A stretch of 64,000 nucleotides of DNA from Alkalispirochaeta sp. (GTDB lineage Bacteria; Spirochaetota; Spirochaetia; DSM-27196; Alkalispirochaetaceae), in the NCBI GenBank assembly GCA_965242725.1, contig CBDESZ010000004.1:64001-128000 (forward strand), read 5' to 3'. The position numbers and the translations under genes are program-made. Numbering within the stretch: position 1 is the stretch's first letter; every line of letters starts with the position of its first letter. This document shows, piece after piece, positions 20,616 to 30,984 of this stretch. The notes beneath the pieces were generated by a model. The model ran no database searches. It was not told where the DNA came from and saw nothing but the letters and a program-made list of their open reading frames with translations.

Positions 20616-21005
20616 TCACACCTGTTGCTCCCGCAACGTGGAAATGCGGGCAAGACGAGGAAAATCCCTGTCGTGATGCAGGATGATGAGGTCGTGACGG
20701 ATCGCCGATGCCGCGATGAGGCAATCCACGGAAGATCGGATGGTAATTCCCTGACGGCGGGCAAGGCGATAGAGCTGAGCCGCTTCTTCAAAGAGGCTGA
20801 GTTCCATCGGTTTCTCTACAAATTGAGCGGCATCAAGGGCGCGTTTTACCGTTCTGTAGGCGCTCTCGTCGCGGATTCCCTGAAGTATTTCCTGATAGAC
20901 CGGAAGACACAGCACCCTGTCGTCGGGAGGACAAATGGTCCGCAGATCAAAGGAATCCGTCCGCGAGAAATGTCGTATCCACGCGGAGGTATCAACGAGA
21001 TACAT
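20616..21005 (-). CDS. vapC: VapC PIN-domain toxin (intact copy B)
   Basis: MYLVDTSAWI, QEILQG, DCLIAA and HHDRDF motifs. Confidence 0.92.
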   Translation of the reverse strand: MYLVDTSAWIRHFSRTDSFDLRTICPPDDRVLCLPVYQEILQGIRDESAYRTVKRALDAAQFVEKPMELSLFEEAAQLYRLARRQGITIRSSVDCLIAASAIRHDLIILHHDRDFPRLARISTLREQQV

Positions 21006-21207
21006 CGCGGTCAGCGTCCTCACGCATGTCCGATAGATCACCTTCCCAGACGTCGGTTCCAGCGAAGGAATCTATCTGTGCAAATGTATGACGACGAATG
21101 TACTCCTCCAGGGCGATATTCACCGTTTCCGAGTAGGTCCTGCTGCCTGATACGGTCTTGGCTTCGTCAAGCTTTTTCTCATCCAACACAAGATTTGTGC
21201 GTTTCAT
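20992..21207 (-). CDS. vapB: VapB-type antitoxin
   Basis: MKRTNLVLDEKKL...TVNIALEEY; overlaps vapC. Confidence 0.88.
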   Translation of the reverse strand: MKRTNLVLDEKKLDEAKTVSGSRTYSETVNIALEEYIRRHTFAQIDSFAGTDVWEGDLSDMREDADRDVSR

Positions 21208-21421
21208 GTGTATAGTATAGCGTCGGAGGCTTCCTCCGACCAGACCATTTACGACCACGAGGCGGATGAATGGATAAAGCAGCGAGTGCATTATTCCGCC
21301 GGAAGATATCGGTCGTTCAGTTCCGGTACCTGCCGCAGTTTTCATGGTACAATGGCGGCATTACACGGCGCCCGGCATGTGTTCGGGCCGATGCCCGATT
21401 CTGACTCACTTAGGAATACTG

Positions 21422-22690
21422 ATGTCGCAGCGTATTGCATTCATCTGCCCCGATCCGGAGCTCGGGAACAAACTCAAGAACACCGCGCTGGAAATGGGGA
21501 CCCCCGTTGAAGTGGTCATCGGGAACTCTTCGACCAGCGTACCCCTTGCGCGCAGGCTAATTGACAACGGCGTTGACGTTCTCGTCTCAAGGGGCGGTAC
21601 GGGAACGGTCATTAAAGAACAGTGCCCCGAGTTGCCCCTCGTGGAGGTGCGAGTAACGGCCGACGATTTTCTGAAGGCCCTCCGTGTTGCATTGAATAAT
21701 ACGGACCATATCGTTATCGCAGGGTTTCGGGAGTTTACATACGGTGTAGGTGTCGAGGATCTCGCGGCGATTCTCAGTATCCATATTGAGACCGTGACCC
21801 TTCCGGAAAACACGGAACGGGAAGTCGAGGAGGTGCGCAAGCGCCTGAGAGCGCTGCGCACTCGCGGATTCGACTGGATCGTTGGCGATGTGATTCTCTG
21901 CCGCATTGGTCAGGAAGAAGGGTACCGGTCATCACTCGTCAAGACGGGCAGCGCCGCATTTGCCCAGGCGATCATCGAAGCCCGCAACCTCGCCACCGTC
22001 AGAAGAACGGAAATGGAAAAAACGGAACGTCTCAAGACGATCATGGATTTTGCCTACGAAGGTATCATGAGTATCGACAACCAGGGAGTCGTTCTTGTAA
22101 TTAATCCAAGCGGTGAGAAAATTCTGGAAACGGAGGCATCCAAACTGGTGGGGAGAAAATTTTCCCACATGTTTCCGGAGTTTGACCTTGCGGCGGTGAC
22201 GGCCACCCGTGAAAGCAGCCTGGGAACGGTGATAAAAGTAGGGAGGAAACAGATCGTTGCAAATGTCATTCCCAATGTGATCGGAGACGATGTGAGCGGT
22301 GTGGTTATTACCTTCCAGGAAGTTGCGGGGATTCAGTCGATAGAACGAAAGATTCGCAGGACCCTTGCGGAGAAGGGACTCGTTGCGGAAAACACATTTG
22401 ACGGGATCATCGGCGAGAGCGCCGCGATTCAGGCCACGATTGCCGAAGCACGGGAATATGCATCAGTTTCTTCTCCCGTTCTGATCCACGGGGAAAGCGG
22501 CACCGGAAAGGAGCTCTTTGCCCAGGCGCTGCACAATGCCAGCGGTCGGAAAGACGGACCATTTGTCGCATTCAATTGTGCCGCCCTTCCCGCGCATTTG
22601 CTGGAAAGTGAGCTCTTTGGGTATGCCCCGGGGGCATTTACCGGCGCGAGCAAAACGGGGAAGGCCGGCCTGTTGCTGCCGCAACGTTGA
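21422..22690 (+). pseudogene. PrpR-like sigma54-dependent activator, C-terminally truncated
   Basis: PrpR N-terminal domain, [11 protein letters not shown] and GAFTGA; it stops before Walker B and the HTH. Confidence 0.88.
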
Positions 22691-22850
22691 AATGCGGGCA
22701 AGGCGAGGGAAATTCCGGTCGTGACGCAGGAATAAGATCGTATAGACCGGACGACAGATTACTCTGTCGTCAGGAGAACAAATGGCCCACCTGTCCGGGA
22801 GATTACCCTTCCAGACGCCGGTACCTGCAGGAATTCCGGTTCCGCCTACC
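22669..22850 (-). pseudogene. Multiply deleted vapBC relic (copy C)
   Basis: Reads AGTGVWKGNLPD / ICSPDDRVICRPVY / [20 protein letters not shown], three blocks of the locus at 20616-21207. Confidence 0.88.
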
Positions 22851-22889
22851 CGTTGACACCGAAACCATCCAGACGTAACGTGCACCATC

Positions 22890-23897
22890 ATGCAACATTT
22901 TCTTGGTGTCGATATCGGTGCGACTACCGTCAAGCTGGGGTTGATTGACGAGTCGGGAGCGATCATTGGATCTCGTCGCGACTACGATTCTCAGGCGCGA
23001 AGCGGACCGGATGCGACGATGAACGTCATCGCTGACGCGGCGCCGCAGCTATTGCGCGACAACGGTATCGATCCACGGTCCCTCGTTGCAGTCGGCGCGT
23101 GTAGTCCTACGCCGGTGAGCGCCGAGGGGCTGTGCATTTTTCCCACCAACATCGATTCGTCGTGGGAAGGGGTGAATGTCAAGGAGAAGCTTGCGCTGCG
23201 GCTGGGCGTTCCTGCCTTTCTTCTCAACGACGGAGACGCGGCGGCATACCGGGAGTACGCGGTACGCGTCGCCGGGGGTGATGCATCGCGCTGCATGGCG
23301 CAGTTTATCACCGGTACCGGGCTGGGTGGTTCGCTTATCATTGATGGCGAGGTGTTTGCCGGCCCGATTATGGGCAATGAACTGGGTCACGTGGTGACCG
23401 ACACATCCGACACCGCCGACCGTTGCGGCTGCGGCGCCATGGGATGCGCCGAGACGAGGGCCAGTCTTACCGGTCTGGCAAACCTCGTTCGTCGCTATCA
23501 GGAACGTCAGACGCCTATTGCGGAACTTGAGGGCAATCCCGACACGGTGGCGCGGGCATTACGGCGCCTCGTACAGGATCCGAACCCCTTGCCGGAGGTT
23601 CAGGCTATTTGGCGTGAGTACTTCGTCCATATCGGTCGTGCCGCCAGAAGTGTCGCCAATGTCGTCGGTTGTGATCTCATTGTCATTTCCGGCGGCGCCC
23701 AGGAGCGCGAAAAGGGCGCCGATGCGAGTTCGTGGCGGCGCTTTCTCGATACGGGATTATCCATCGTTACCGACGAACTCCGTCAGTCATTTCCCCACCT
23801 ATCCCGCGTGCGCGTGGAATGGGCGACTGACGAGGTGCCCGATAGCGCCGCCTACGGGGCCGCGGCCTACGCCGCCCATGCGGTCACCGTGAGGTGA
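22890..23897 (+). CDS. ROK-family sugar kinase
   Basis: GVDIGAT, LNDGDAAA, GTGLGG, ELGH and CGCGAMGCAE motifs. Confidence 0.9.
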   Translation: MQHFLGVDIGATTVKLGLIDESGAIIGSRRDYDSQARSGPDATMNVIADAAPQLLRDNGIDPRSLVAVGACSPTPVSAEGLCIFPTNIDSSWEGVNVKEKLALRLGVPAFLLNDGDAAAYREYAVRVAGGDASRCMAQFITGTGLGGSLIIDGEVFAGPIMGNELGHVVTDTSDTADRCGCGAMGCAETRASLTGLANLVRRYQERQTPIAELEGNPDTVARALRRLVQDPNPLPEVQAIWREYFVHIGRAARSVANVVGCDLIVISGGAQEREKGADASSWRRFLDTGLSIVTDELRQSFPHLSRVRVEWATDEVPDSAAYGAAAYAAHAVTVR

Positions 23898-24054
23898 CGA
23901 ATACCGTCCGACGGAGTCGTGGCGCCGTCGACGAAACGGGGAAGCCCGTTCTCGTTGAAAAACCGATGGCGCCCCAACGCGGTTTCACAAAGATTGAGAA
24001 TTATGAAATGGAAACCGCAGGCCGAATCACGCGACTGCAGTCCGGCTTGCCCCG

Positions 24055-26134
24055 TTACAGCGTATACCGTCCCACGGCGTCGGCGAGTCTGTCGGCGGAG
24101 GTCTTGATCCGGCCCGCCAGCTCCGCCGTCTCCTTCATGGCAGCGATAATCTCGCCGTTGCTTTCGGTTATTTCGGTGATGCCGCCGGTTACCTGTTCTA
24201 CGGCGTTGCTGGTGCTGTTGAACTGATCGGAAAGCGCTTTGACCGCCGTTCTGAACGTCCCCGCAGTTTCCTTGATGGATATCGCCGTATCCCTGAGCTC
24301 CTCCATGGCGGTCAGGACCTCCCGGCTGCCGATTGTCAGCTCCCGGGTGGTGCCGCCGATTTCGTCAAAGGCCGACTGGACGTCGGAGACCTCACCGACA
24401 AATCTGCCGAATGTTTCCGCGTTGGCTGCGCTCATGTGTCCCACCGCCTGCACCCGTTCCGTGATATCCGAGAGAATCTGATTGATGCGGAGGGAGTTTC
24501 CCGCGGAGTTCTCGCTGAGTTTGCGGATCTCCTCGGCAACGACGGCAAATCCACGGCCCGCCTCACCGGCGTGGGCCGCTTCTATGGCGGCGTTCATGGA
24601 GAGCAGGTCGGTCTGGCTGGTAATCGCCCTGATGGCGTCCATGATATCCGAGACCTGTCCCGTCAGTGCAACAACTTCCTGTATACGAACATTCACCGCC
24701 GCCGCCGACTCTTCGCCCTTGACGGCGTTTTCCCTGAATTGACCGGTCCGCTCCAGTTTTGCCTCAATCGATTTTTCTATCGATCCGAGCCCGGCAAACA
24801 TCTCTTCAACGCTTGCCGTGACCTCCTCGGTGGCACCGGACTGGGCCACCAGCTGCCGGTCCAGATCATCTATGCCCGCGGCAATCTGTTCCACCTCCGT
24901 CGTTGCCTGCCGGACTTCCTCGTTCATCAACTGCATGTGTCTGCCAACCTCGGCGGTATGACCGGAAATACCCGATGTGGTTGCCCGCGTCTCCTCCACC
25001 GTCGCTTCCAGGCTTTCGGCGACCTCGGAGTTGCCTCCGGCAATTTCCTTGAGGCGGGCGATTTCCGTGCGCTGGGCATCGGCAATGATCCGTACCGAGT
25101 CGAGCACCGATCCGGCGTGGCGCACCGGCGGCCAGGAGACGCTGAGGTCCCCTTCCGAGAGGGACTGGGAGAGCTCTTTCAGCGCTTCCGGGTCGATTCC
25201 GAGGACGCGGAGAATACTCCGTCCCAGGATGACCGCCACCGCCAGGGAAACGATGACGGCGACGATACTCACAATCAGTACGCTCCGCGCGGTAAAGGTG
25301 ATGACGAGTTGGAGGCTTTCACCGAGGCGATCCATAAGGGATGCCGATCGTGCCCGGGCCGCCGCGGCGAGGCCGACTATCTGCGTGCTCATGGGCCGGA
25401 CGGTCTCGGCAACGATCGTATTTCGCTCGGTTCCCAGGCGGGAAAGTTCTTCCATGGCGGTACGTACGGCCTGTACATCCCCGTCCAGGTTGAGAACTTG
25501 CGCGTCCAGCGCTTCAAGAGCGTCCAGAGACGCCATGACCCGGGCGTACTCCTCAGCCTCCCCGACTCTGAGATAGCGTTCAATGTGGGATCGGGGCGGT
25601 CATCAGCGTCTGCAGTGCCCGGATTGTCTCAAGTGTCGCAGCGGAATCGCCCGTCGCGACCGCCGACTGCACCAGATTTTCAAGTTCCGATTCAAGTGCC
25701 TGGATTTGCGGTTCCAGGCCGTTTCGGAGAAGGGACTCCCGACTCGTCTGCGTCTCCACCACCGCGGTAAAACTTCCGTCCAGGTCATTTAGAAGGTCAC
25801 CGATCTGAACGAGACTGCGGTGGAACTCCTCCCCCGCGCGTTCCTGCGCCTGTTCCCTCGCGGCCTCGGCATCGGCGAGGAAGCGCTGGTATTCCTGGAC
25901 ATCCGAGGACTTGCTGGTGGTCAGAAACTCATCGATGTTGAGACGAACATTGAGCACCGTCGTCTGGAGATCGGCAATGGCGTTTGCGGCGCCGCTGGTC
26001 CGCTGATAGGCGGCAAAGAGCCCCCCGGCGCGGCGAACGGCGATCGTAGAGATAACCGATGCGAGAGCAAAAAATACGATAATGACAGAAAATCCGACGG
26101 TCATGTTCCGACGGAGCGTTTTCCTGCGACCCAT
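24055..26134 (-). CDS. Methyl-accepting chemotaxis protein with +1 frameshift at 25593-25596
   Basis: N-terminus MGRRKTLRR + TM joins LMTARSHIERYL... if one base is removed; QTDLLSMNAAIEAAHAGEAGRGFAVVAEEIRKL motif. Confidence 0.88.
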
Positions 26135-26284
26135 GGGTGTTTCTCCTTTGATTTCCGCAAGAATAACCGGAAGGAGCGACGAGCACAACAAAAAAATGGA
26201 GAAATTATGTTTCCGGCACGTTCCGATATGTGCTGACGGTGATTTTCGGACTATACTCATACGTGACTCACGAAAGGATTCCGT

Positions 26285-27076
26285 CTGAATAACGCGCATA
26301 CCTATCAAACAATTCCCTTCCCCTCTTCCCGGCTGGGGACCATCGATCTGGGAAAGATCGCCCGCGGCAAACATCACGTCGCGGGGCTTCTGGAGGTGGA
26401 TGTTACCGCGGTGCTGCACCGTCTCAACGACGGCAGCTACACCCCCCGGGGCACCTCGTTTTTTGCGTGGATGGTCAAGACGATCAGCGATGCCATCGCC
26501 GCCGATCCGGAAATGCACGCCCTTCTGGGGCGGGGCAGGCGTCTTGTCGTTTTTGACGACATCGACATTTCCGTCATCGTTGAAAAAAAGGTTGAAGGAC
26601 GACGCGTCCCGCTGCCCCTTGTGATACGAAGTACCGGAGAGAAGTCCGCCGGTGAGATCCACGAAGAGATCCGCGCCGCCCAGCGGCGTTCCGTTGCCGA
26701 TGAAGGAGACTATGTCCTCTCCCCGGGTGCTCCACCCGCACGGATGATGCGGCTCTTTTACACCCTGCCTGAGGCTTTGCGGGTATTTCTGATGAGCAGG
26801 ATGCTCCGGCGCCCCCGGGTCGTCAAAAAGGCGATGGGTACCGTTGTGATAACATCCGTGGGATCGGCCGGGAGAGTTCCGGGCTGGGTCATCCCCAAAT
26901 CGATGCACAATCTCTGCTTCGCCCTCGGTTCGGTCATCGAGAAACCCTGGGTGGTGGACGGGGAGGTAGGGGTACGCAAGATTCTCCACATGACCGTGCT
27001 CTTTGACCACGATGTGGTGGACGGCGCTCCTGCGGCGCGTTTTATCGCGGCCCTGGTGAAGCGGATCGAGGGATAA
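26285..27076 (+). CDS. Stand-alone 2-oxoacid dehydrogenase E2-like acyltransferase catalytic domain
   Basis: FDHDVVDGAPAARF motif. The frame is open upstream of GTG 26396 to a CTG at 26285 behind AAAGGA. Confidence 0.8.
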   Translation: MNNAHTYQTIPFPSSRLGTIDLGKIARGKHHVAGLLEVDVTAVLHRLNDGSYTPRGTSFFAWMVKTISDAIAADPEMHALLGRGRRLVVFDDIDISVIVEKKVEGRRVPLPLVIRSTGEKSAGEIHEEIRAAQRRSVADEGDYVLSPGAPPARMMRLFYTLPEALRVFLMSRMLRRPRVVKKAMGTVVITSVGSAGRVPGWVIPKSMHNLCFALGSVIEKPWVVDGEVGVRKILHMTVLFDHDVVDGAPAARFIAALVKRIEG

Positions 27077-27142
27077 CGCCCGCTACCGGCCGGAGGCGAC
27101 GCGGGCGGAGGGTGGTCGGGACGGGCGCATTGGCGACTACAC

Positions 27143-27913
27143 CTACCTCAAGAACACCATTACCCCGGCGGCCAGGAGAATGATCAGAATCGCCATTCGC
27201 AGTACCTGCCGGGGGACGCGATTGACGAAGCGGGCACCGATGGTTGAGCCGACAAAGACGCCGGGGATCAGCCCCAGGAGGATCGTCCCGTCCACGTTGC
27301 CGCTCTGGAGGTGGGCGATGGATGAAAAGATAAGGGATACCGTCGATACCAGCGTCGTGCTTCCCACGGCGTACGGAGCGGGCAGCTTCAAGAGAAGGAG
27401 AAACGAGATCACGATGATCGATCCGGAGATGCTGGTGGCACCCATAAGCGATCCCAGCACCAGGCCAAGGAAGGGCGCGGCCACCAGATGTGCCGTGGTG
27501 ACGTGGAGCTCCCGGGGACGGGGGCGCATGATGACGAAACGGTAAAAAAGGAGAACCACCGAAAGAACGATCATGATACCCACCACCGTCTTCAGGGGGA
27601 TCACCTCGTTGATCACCCGGGCAAATCGGGCGGCGGTGTACGACGCGGGCACGGCGGTCACGAGAAAAAGGAGGGCGATGGATACCTGGATGTTCCGTTC
27701 CCGCCAGTGTGCCGCCGCGCCGGCACCCATCATCACCACCGCGGCGACGGACATCGTCCCTACGGCCACCACCGGGTCAAGTCCGAAGAGGATGATAAGA
27801 CCGGGGGTTCCCAGGAGTCCCGTTCCGACGGCGGTAAAACCGACGACCAGACCGACGGCGATACCCCACAGGGCGTAGAGCAGTATGATGTTCAGGCTCA
27901 GAGTCTCAACCAT
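27143..27913 (-). CDS. TauE/SafE-family sulfite exporter
   Basis: Multi-TM Gly-rich protein with repeated AVG(T/S) halves and G...GARF...VP motif. Confidence 0.8.
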   Translation of the reverse strand: MVETLSLNIILLYALWGIAVGLVVGFTAVGTGLLGTPGLIILFGLDPVVAVGTMSVAAVVMMGAGAAAHWRERNIQVSIALLFLVTAVPASYTAARFARVINEVIPLKTVVGIMIVLSVVLLFYRFVIMRPRPRELHVTTAHLVAAPFLGLVLGSLMGATSISGSIIVISFLLLLKLPAPYAVGSTTLVSTVSLIFSSIAHLQSGNVDGTILLGLIPGVFVGSTIGARFVNRVPRQVLRMAILIILLAAGVMVFLR

Positions 27914-27988
27914 GTGTTCTCCTCTCGGGTCCGTATGGTACCCAATCCGCCGCTATACTGGGTACCCCGGGGAAGTGTAGGATGGCCC

Positions 27989-29095
27989 ATGCGGCCCTTT
28001 TCCCTGCTTGTGAAACCCATATCCGCGGACTGCAATATCGCCTGCGACTACTGTTTCTATCTTGAAAAGAAGGAGCTCTACCCCGGCGTCGCACGCCATT
28101 AAATGGCGACTGACGTTCTGGAAACGATGATTCGGCGATACCTCGCAACGCCGCAGCCGGAATGGGCCTTCGCCTGGCAGGGCGGCGAACCGACTCTCAT
28201 GGGAGCCGGTTTCTTTGAGAAGATCCTGAAGCTGCAGACGCGTTACGCGCCGCGGGGTGCGCGCATATCCAACGCCCTGCAGACAAACGGAACGCTGTTG
28301 GACGATCATTTTGCCCGCGTCCTGCGGGACGGCTCATTTCTGGTGGGAATCAGTATCGACGGACCCGCCGAGCTTCACGATGTTCACCGTCGTACGGTGA
28401 GCGGTCGCGGTACTCATCGTGACGTCATGCGCGGCCTGGAGGCGCTCCGCCGGAACGGCGTGGAATACAATGTCCTCACCCTCGTTTCCCGGGCAAATGT
28501 GGACCATCCCCGGGAGGTATATCGCTACCTTCGGGAGCTGGGGGTCACCTTTCACCAGTACATTCCCTGTGTGGAGTTTGAACCCGACGGGTCGCTCCGG
28601 CCCTACAGCATCACCGGCGAGGAGTGGGGCGACTTTCTCAATGGGATCTTTGACGAGTGGCACAGGGACGACACCCGTACCGTCTCGGTACGCAATTTTG
28701 ACGCCGTCCTCTCGTTGATTGTGCGCGATGTCTCCGTCATGTGTACGACCGGAACGCATTGCCGTCAGTATTTCGTCGTCGAGTATAACGGAGACGTCTA
28801 TCCCTGCGACTTCTTTGTCCAGCCGGAAAAACGTCTGGGAAATGTCGTGACCGACCATTTTGAACGGATGTGGCGGTCACCGGTCTATCGCGCCTTTGGC
28901 CGGGACAAGAAAGGGTGGAACGAAGAATGTGCCCGGTGTGAATATCTCCGCTACTGCGCCGGCGACTGTCCAAAAATGCGTTACGTCCAGGGTGAAGATC
29001 CGTCACAGCTGAGCGTTCTGTGCGAGGGGTGGAAGTCCTTTTACTCCCATACCCTTCCCGCGTTCCGGGACCTTGCGGAGACGATACCACGATGA
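27989..29095 (+). pseudogene. Anaerobic sulfatase-maturating radical SAM/SPASM enzyme with in-frame TAA at 28100-28102
   Basis: KPISADCNIACDYCFY precedes the stop; WQGGEPTL, GDVYPCDFF and CxxC...CxxxCP follow in the same frame. Confidence 0.88.
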
Positions 29096-29982
29096 GTGAC
29101 GCCGCCCGGATGATCCGCAACCGCCTGATCCCGCTGCCCGGCGGCGTCTTTACCATGGGTACCGACGACGATGAGGGGTTTCCCGATGACGGCGAGGGGC
29201 CGGCGCGGAGCGTCACCGTATCGCCGGTGGCGGTGGATCCCTTCACCGTATCCAATGACGACTTTGCCGCCTTTGTTGCGGAAACGGGATATGGCACCGA
29301 AGCGGAGCGCTACGGGTGGAGCTTTGTCTTTCACCTCTTTGTGACCAGAACCGCCCGTAAACGGGGAGAGGTGCGCAGCGTTCCCGGCCTTGAGTGGTGG
29401 CTCGGCGTTGAGAGGGCGTGCTGGAAGCGGCCGGAGGGCCGGGGATCCAATCTCAAGGGACGGGGCGACCACCCCGTCGTACACGTGAGCTACGGCGACG
29501 CCCTTGCGTTCTGCCGCTGGGCGGGGGTGCGCCTTCTCACCGAGGCGGAGTGGGAATACGCCGCCCGGGGAGGCCTGGATCAGCGACGGTACGCCTGGGG
29601 CGACGATCTCACACCCGACGGCCGGCATATGGCAAATATCTGGCAGGGCGTCTTCCCCTCCCGGAACACCGCGGATGACGGGTATGCGGGAACGGCTCCG
29701 GTAGACAGCTTCACTCCCAACGGCTTTGGTCTGTACAACGTGGCGGGAAACGTCTGGGAGTGGTGCGCCGACTGGTTCTCCCCGGAATGGCACATTCCCG
29801 AGACGCCCGCAACGAGAGTGAATCCCGTCGGTCCGGACCACGGCACCCGCCGGGTAAATCGCGGCGGCAGTTATCTCTGCCACCACAGCTACTGCAACCG
29901 CTACCGGGTCGCGGCGCGCAGCTCAAACACCCCCGACTCCAGCACGGGTAATCTCGGCTTTCGCGTCGGAATGAGGAAATAA
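29092..29982 (+). CDS. Formylglycine-generating enzyme (FGE/SUMF1 family)
   Basis: TEAEWEYAARGG, GNVWEWC and RGGSYLCHHSYCNRYRVAAR...NLGFR motifs. Confidence 0.92.
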   Translation: MSDAARMIRNRLIPLPGGVFTMGTDDDEGFPDDGEGPARSVTVSPVAVDPFTVSNDDFAAFVAETGYGTEAERYGWSFVFHLFVTRTARKRGEVRSVPGLEWWLGVERACWKRPEGRGSNLKGRGDHPVVHVSYGDALAFCRWAGVRLLTEAEWEYAARGGLDQRRYAWGDDLTPDGRHMANIWQGVFPSRNTADDGYAGTAPVDSFTPNGFGLYNVAGNVWEWCADWFSPEWHIPETPATRVNPVGPDHGTRRVNRGGSYLCHHSYCNRYRVAARSSNTPDSSTGNLGFRVGMRK

Positions 29983-29988
29983 CGGATC

Positions 29989-30954
29989 ATGGAAAAACTG
30001 GTGTACATCCTGGGCGCGAGCATCGGCAGTATCATCGCGGGCTATCTCTTTCGCCGGCTCTTCATGGGGCGGGGCGGGGTGACGGAAGCGGGGCTGCTTG
30101 AGGCGTCACGCTACATGAAGCTCTCATCCTTTTTCTTTTTTCAGCCGCTGGCGTACATCGCAACCTTCTGGACGATGAACGTCGCCGAAGTTCCGCTGTT
30201 GAGTTTTCCCCTCCTCGGACTCACGTCGGTCTTCATATCAGGGGGTGTTTCTCTCCTGATTATCCGGGCACTCAGGATGCCTGCCTATAAGGGCGCATCC
30301 GTATTCACCGCCGGCATGTTCACCAATGTCCTTACCATAGGCGGACTGGTGGGCTACGGCTTCTTTGGAGAATACGGATTTCTCCTGGCCCAGCTCTTTA
30401 CCATGTTTGTCGCCGCCAGCTATTACCTCTTTGGTTATCCTGTCTCCTACAACATCGCCCGGGAGATCACGCCGGTCCTGCGGGTCAATACGCGGCTCTT
30501 CCGGGAGAATCCCTTTCTCTTCTTTCCCATAGGTGCCATGGCCATTGGTCTCATGCTGAACGCCACGGGACTTGCCCGGCCGCTCTTCATGGAGTCGGTG
30601 GTGGCCGTCGTCGTTCCGCTCGTGGCGGTGCTCCTCGGAATGGCGATCGGCTTTTCCCTCAGGTTTTCCCGCATTGCCGCCTACCGGCGGGAGATCGGGA
30701 TTGTCATTGTGATCAAGTTTCTGCTTCTCCCGGCGCTGATGATTCCTCTTGGCCTTCTCGCCGGGCTGCCCGCCGTCGGTGACGGGACGCCGTTCCGTAT
30801 GCTCATCGTCCTTTCCATGATGCCCGTTGCCTTCAATGCGCTGGTTCCCCCGGCGATATTCGGATTCGATCTCGATCTGGCAAATTCGGCATGGATCGTG
30901 ACGACGGCGGGACTGGTGGTGATCGTACCGGTGCTGTATGTGGTGCTGTTGTAG
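29989..30954 (+). CDS. AEC-family-like membrane transporter
   Basis: About 10 TM segments with IKFLLLP and MMPVAFN motifs. Confidence 0.7.
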   Translation: MEKLVYILGASIGSIIAGYLFRRLFMGRGGVTEAGLLEASRYMKLSSFFFFQPLAYIATFWTMNVAEVPLLSFPLLGLTSVFISGGVSLLIIRALRMPAYKGASVFTAGMFTNVLTIGGLVGYGFFGEYGFLLAQLFTMFVAASYYLFGYPVSYNIAREITPVLRVNTRLFRENPFLFFPIGAMAIGLMLNATGLARPLFMESVVAVVVPLVAVLLGMAIGFSLRFSRIAAYRREIGIVIVIKFLLLPALMIPLGLLAGLPAVGDGTPFRMLIVLSMMPVAFNALVPPAIFGFDLDLANSAWIVTTAGLVVIVPVLYVVLL

Positions 30955-30984
30955 GGGACGCGCTATGGTAGTGATCCGGAGGTG

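Noticed and set aside
9207..25596. Programmed frameshifting in the permease, GH78 and chemoreceptor genes
   Set aside because: Each is a single extra base in a short homopolymer with no slippery heptamer or structure; consensus sequencing error is more likely.
25580..27010. 476-aa ORF as a single gene
   Set aside because: Its first ~290 codons are mostly antisense to the E2-like gene; only the part from 26134 is the chemoreceptor N-terminus.
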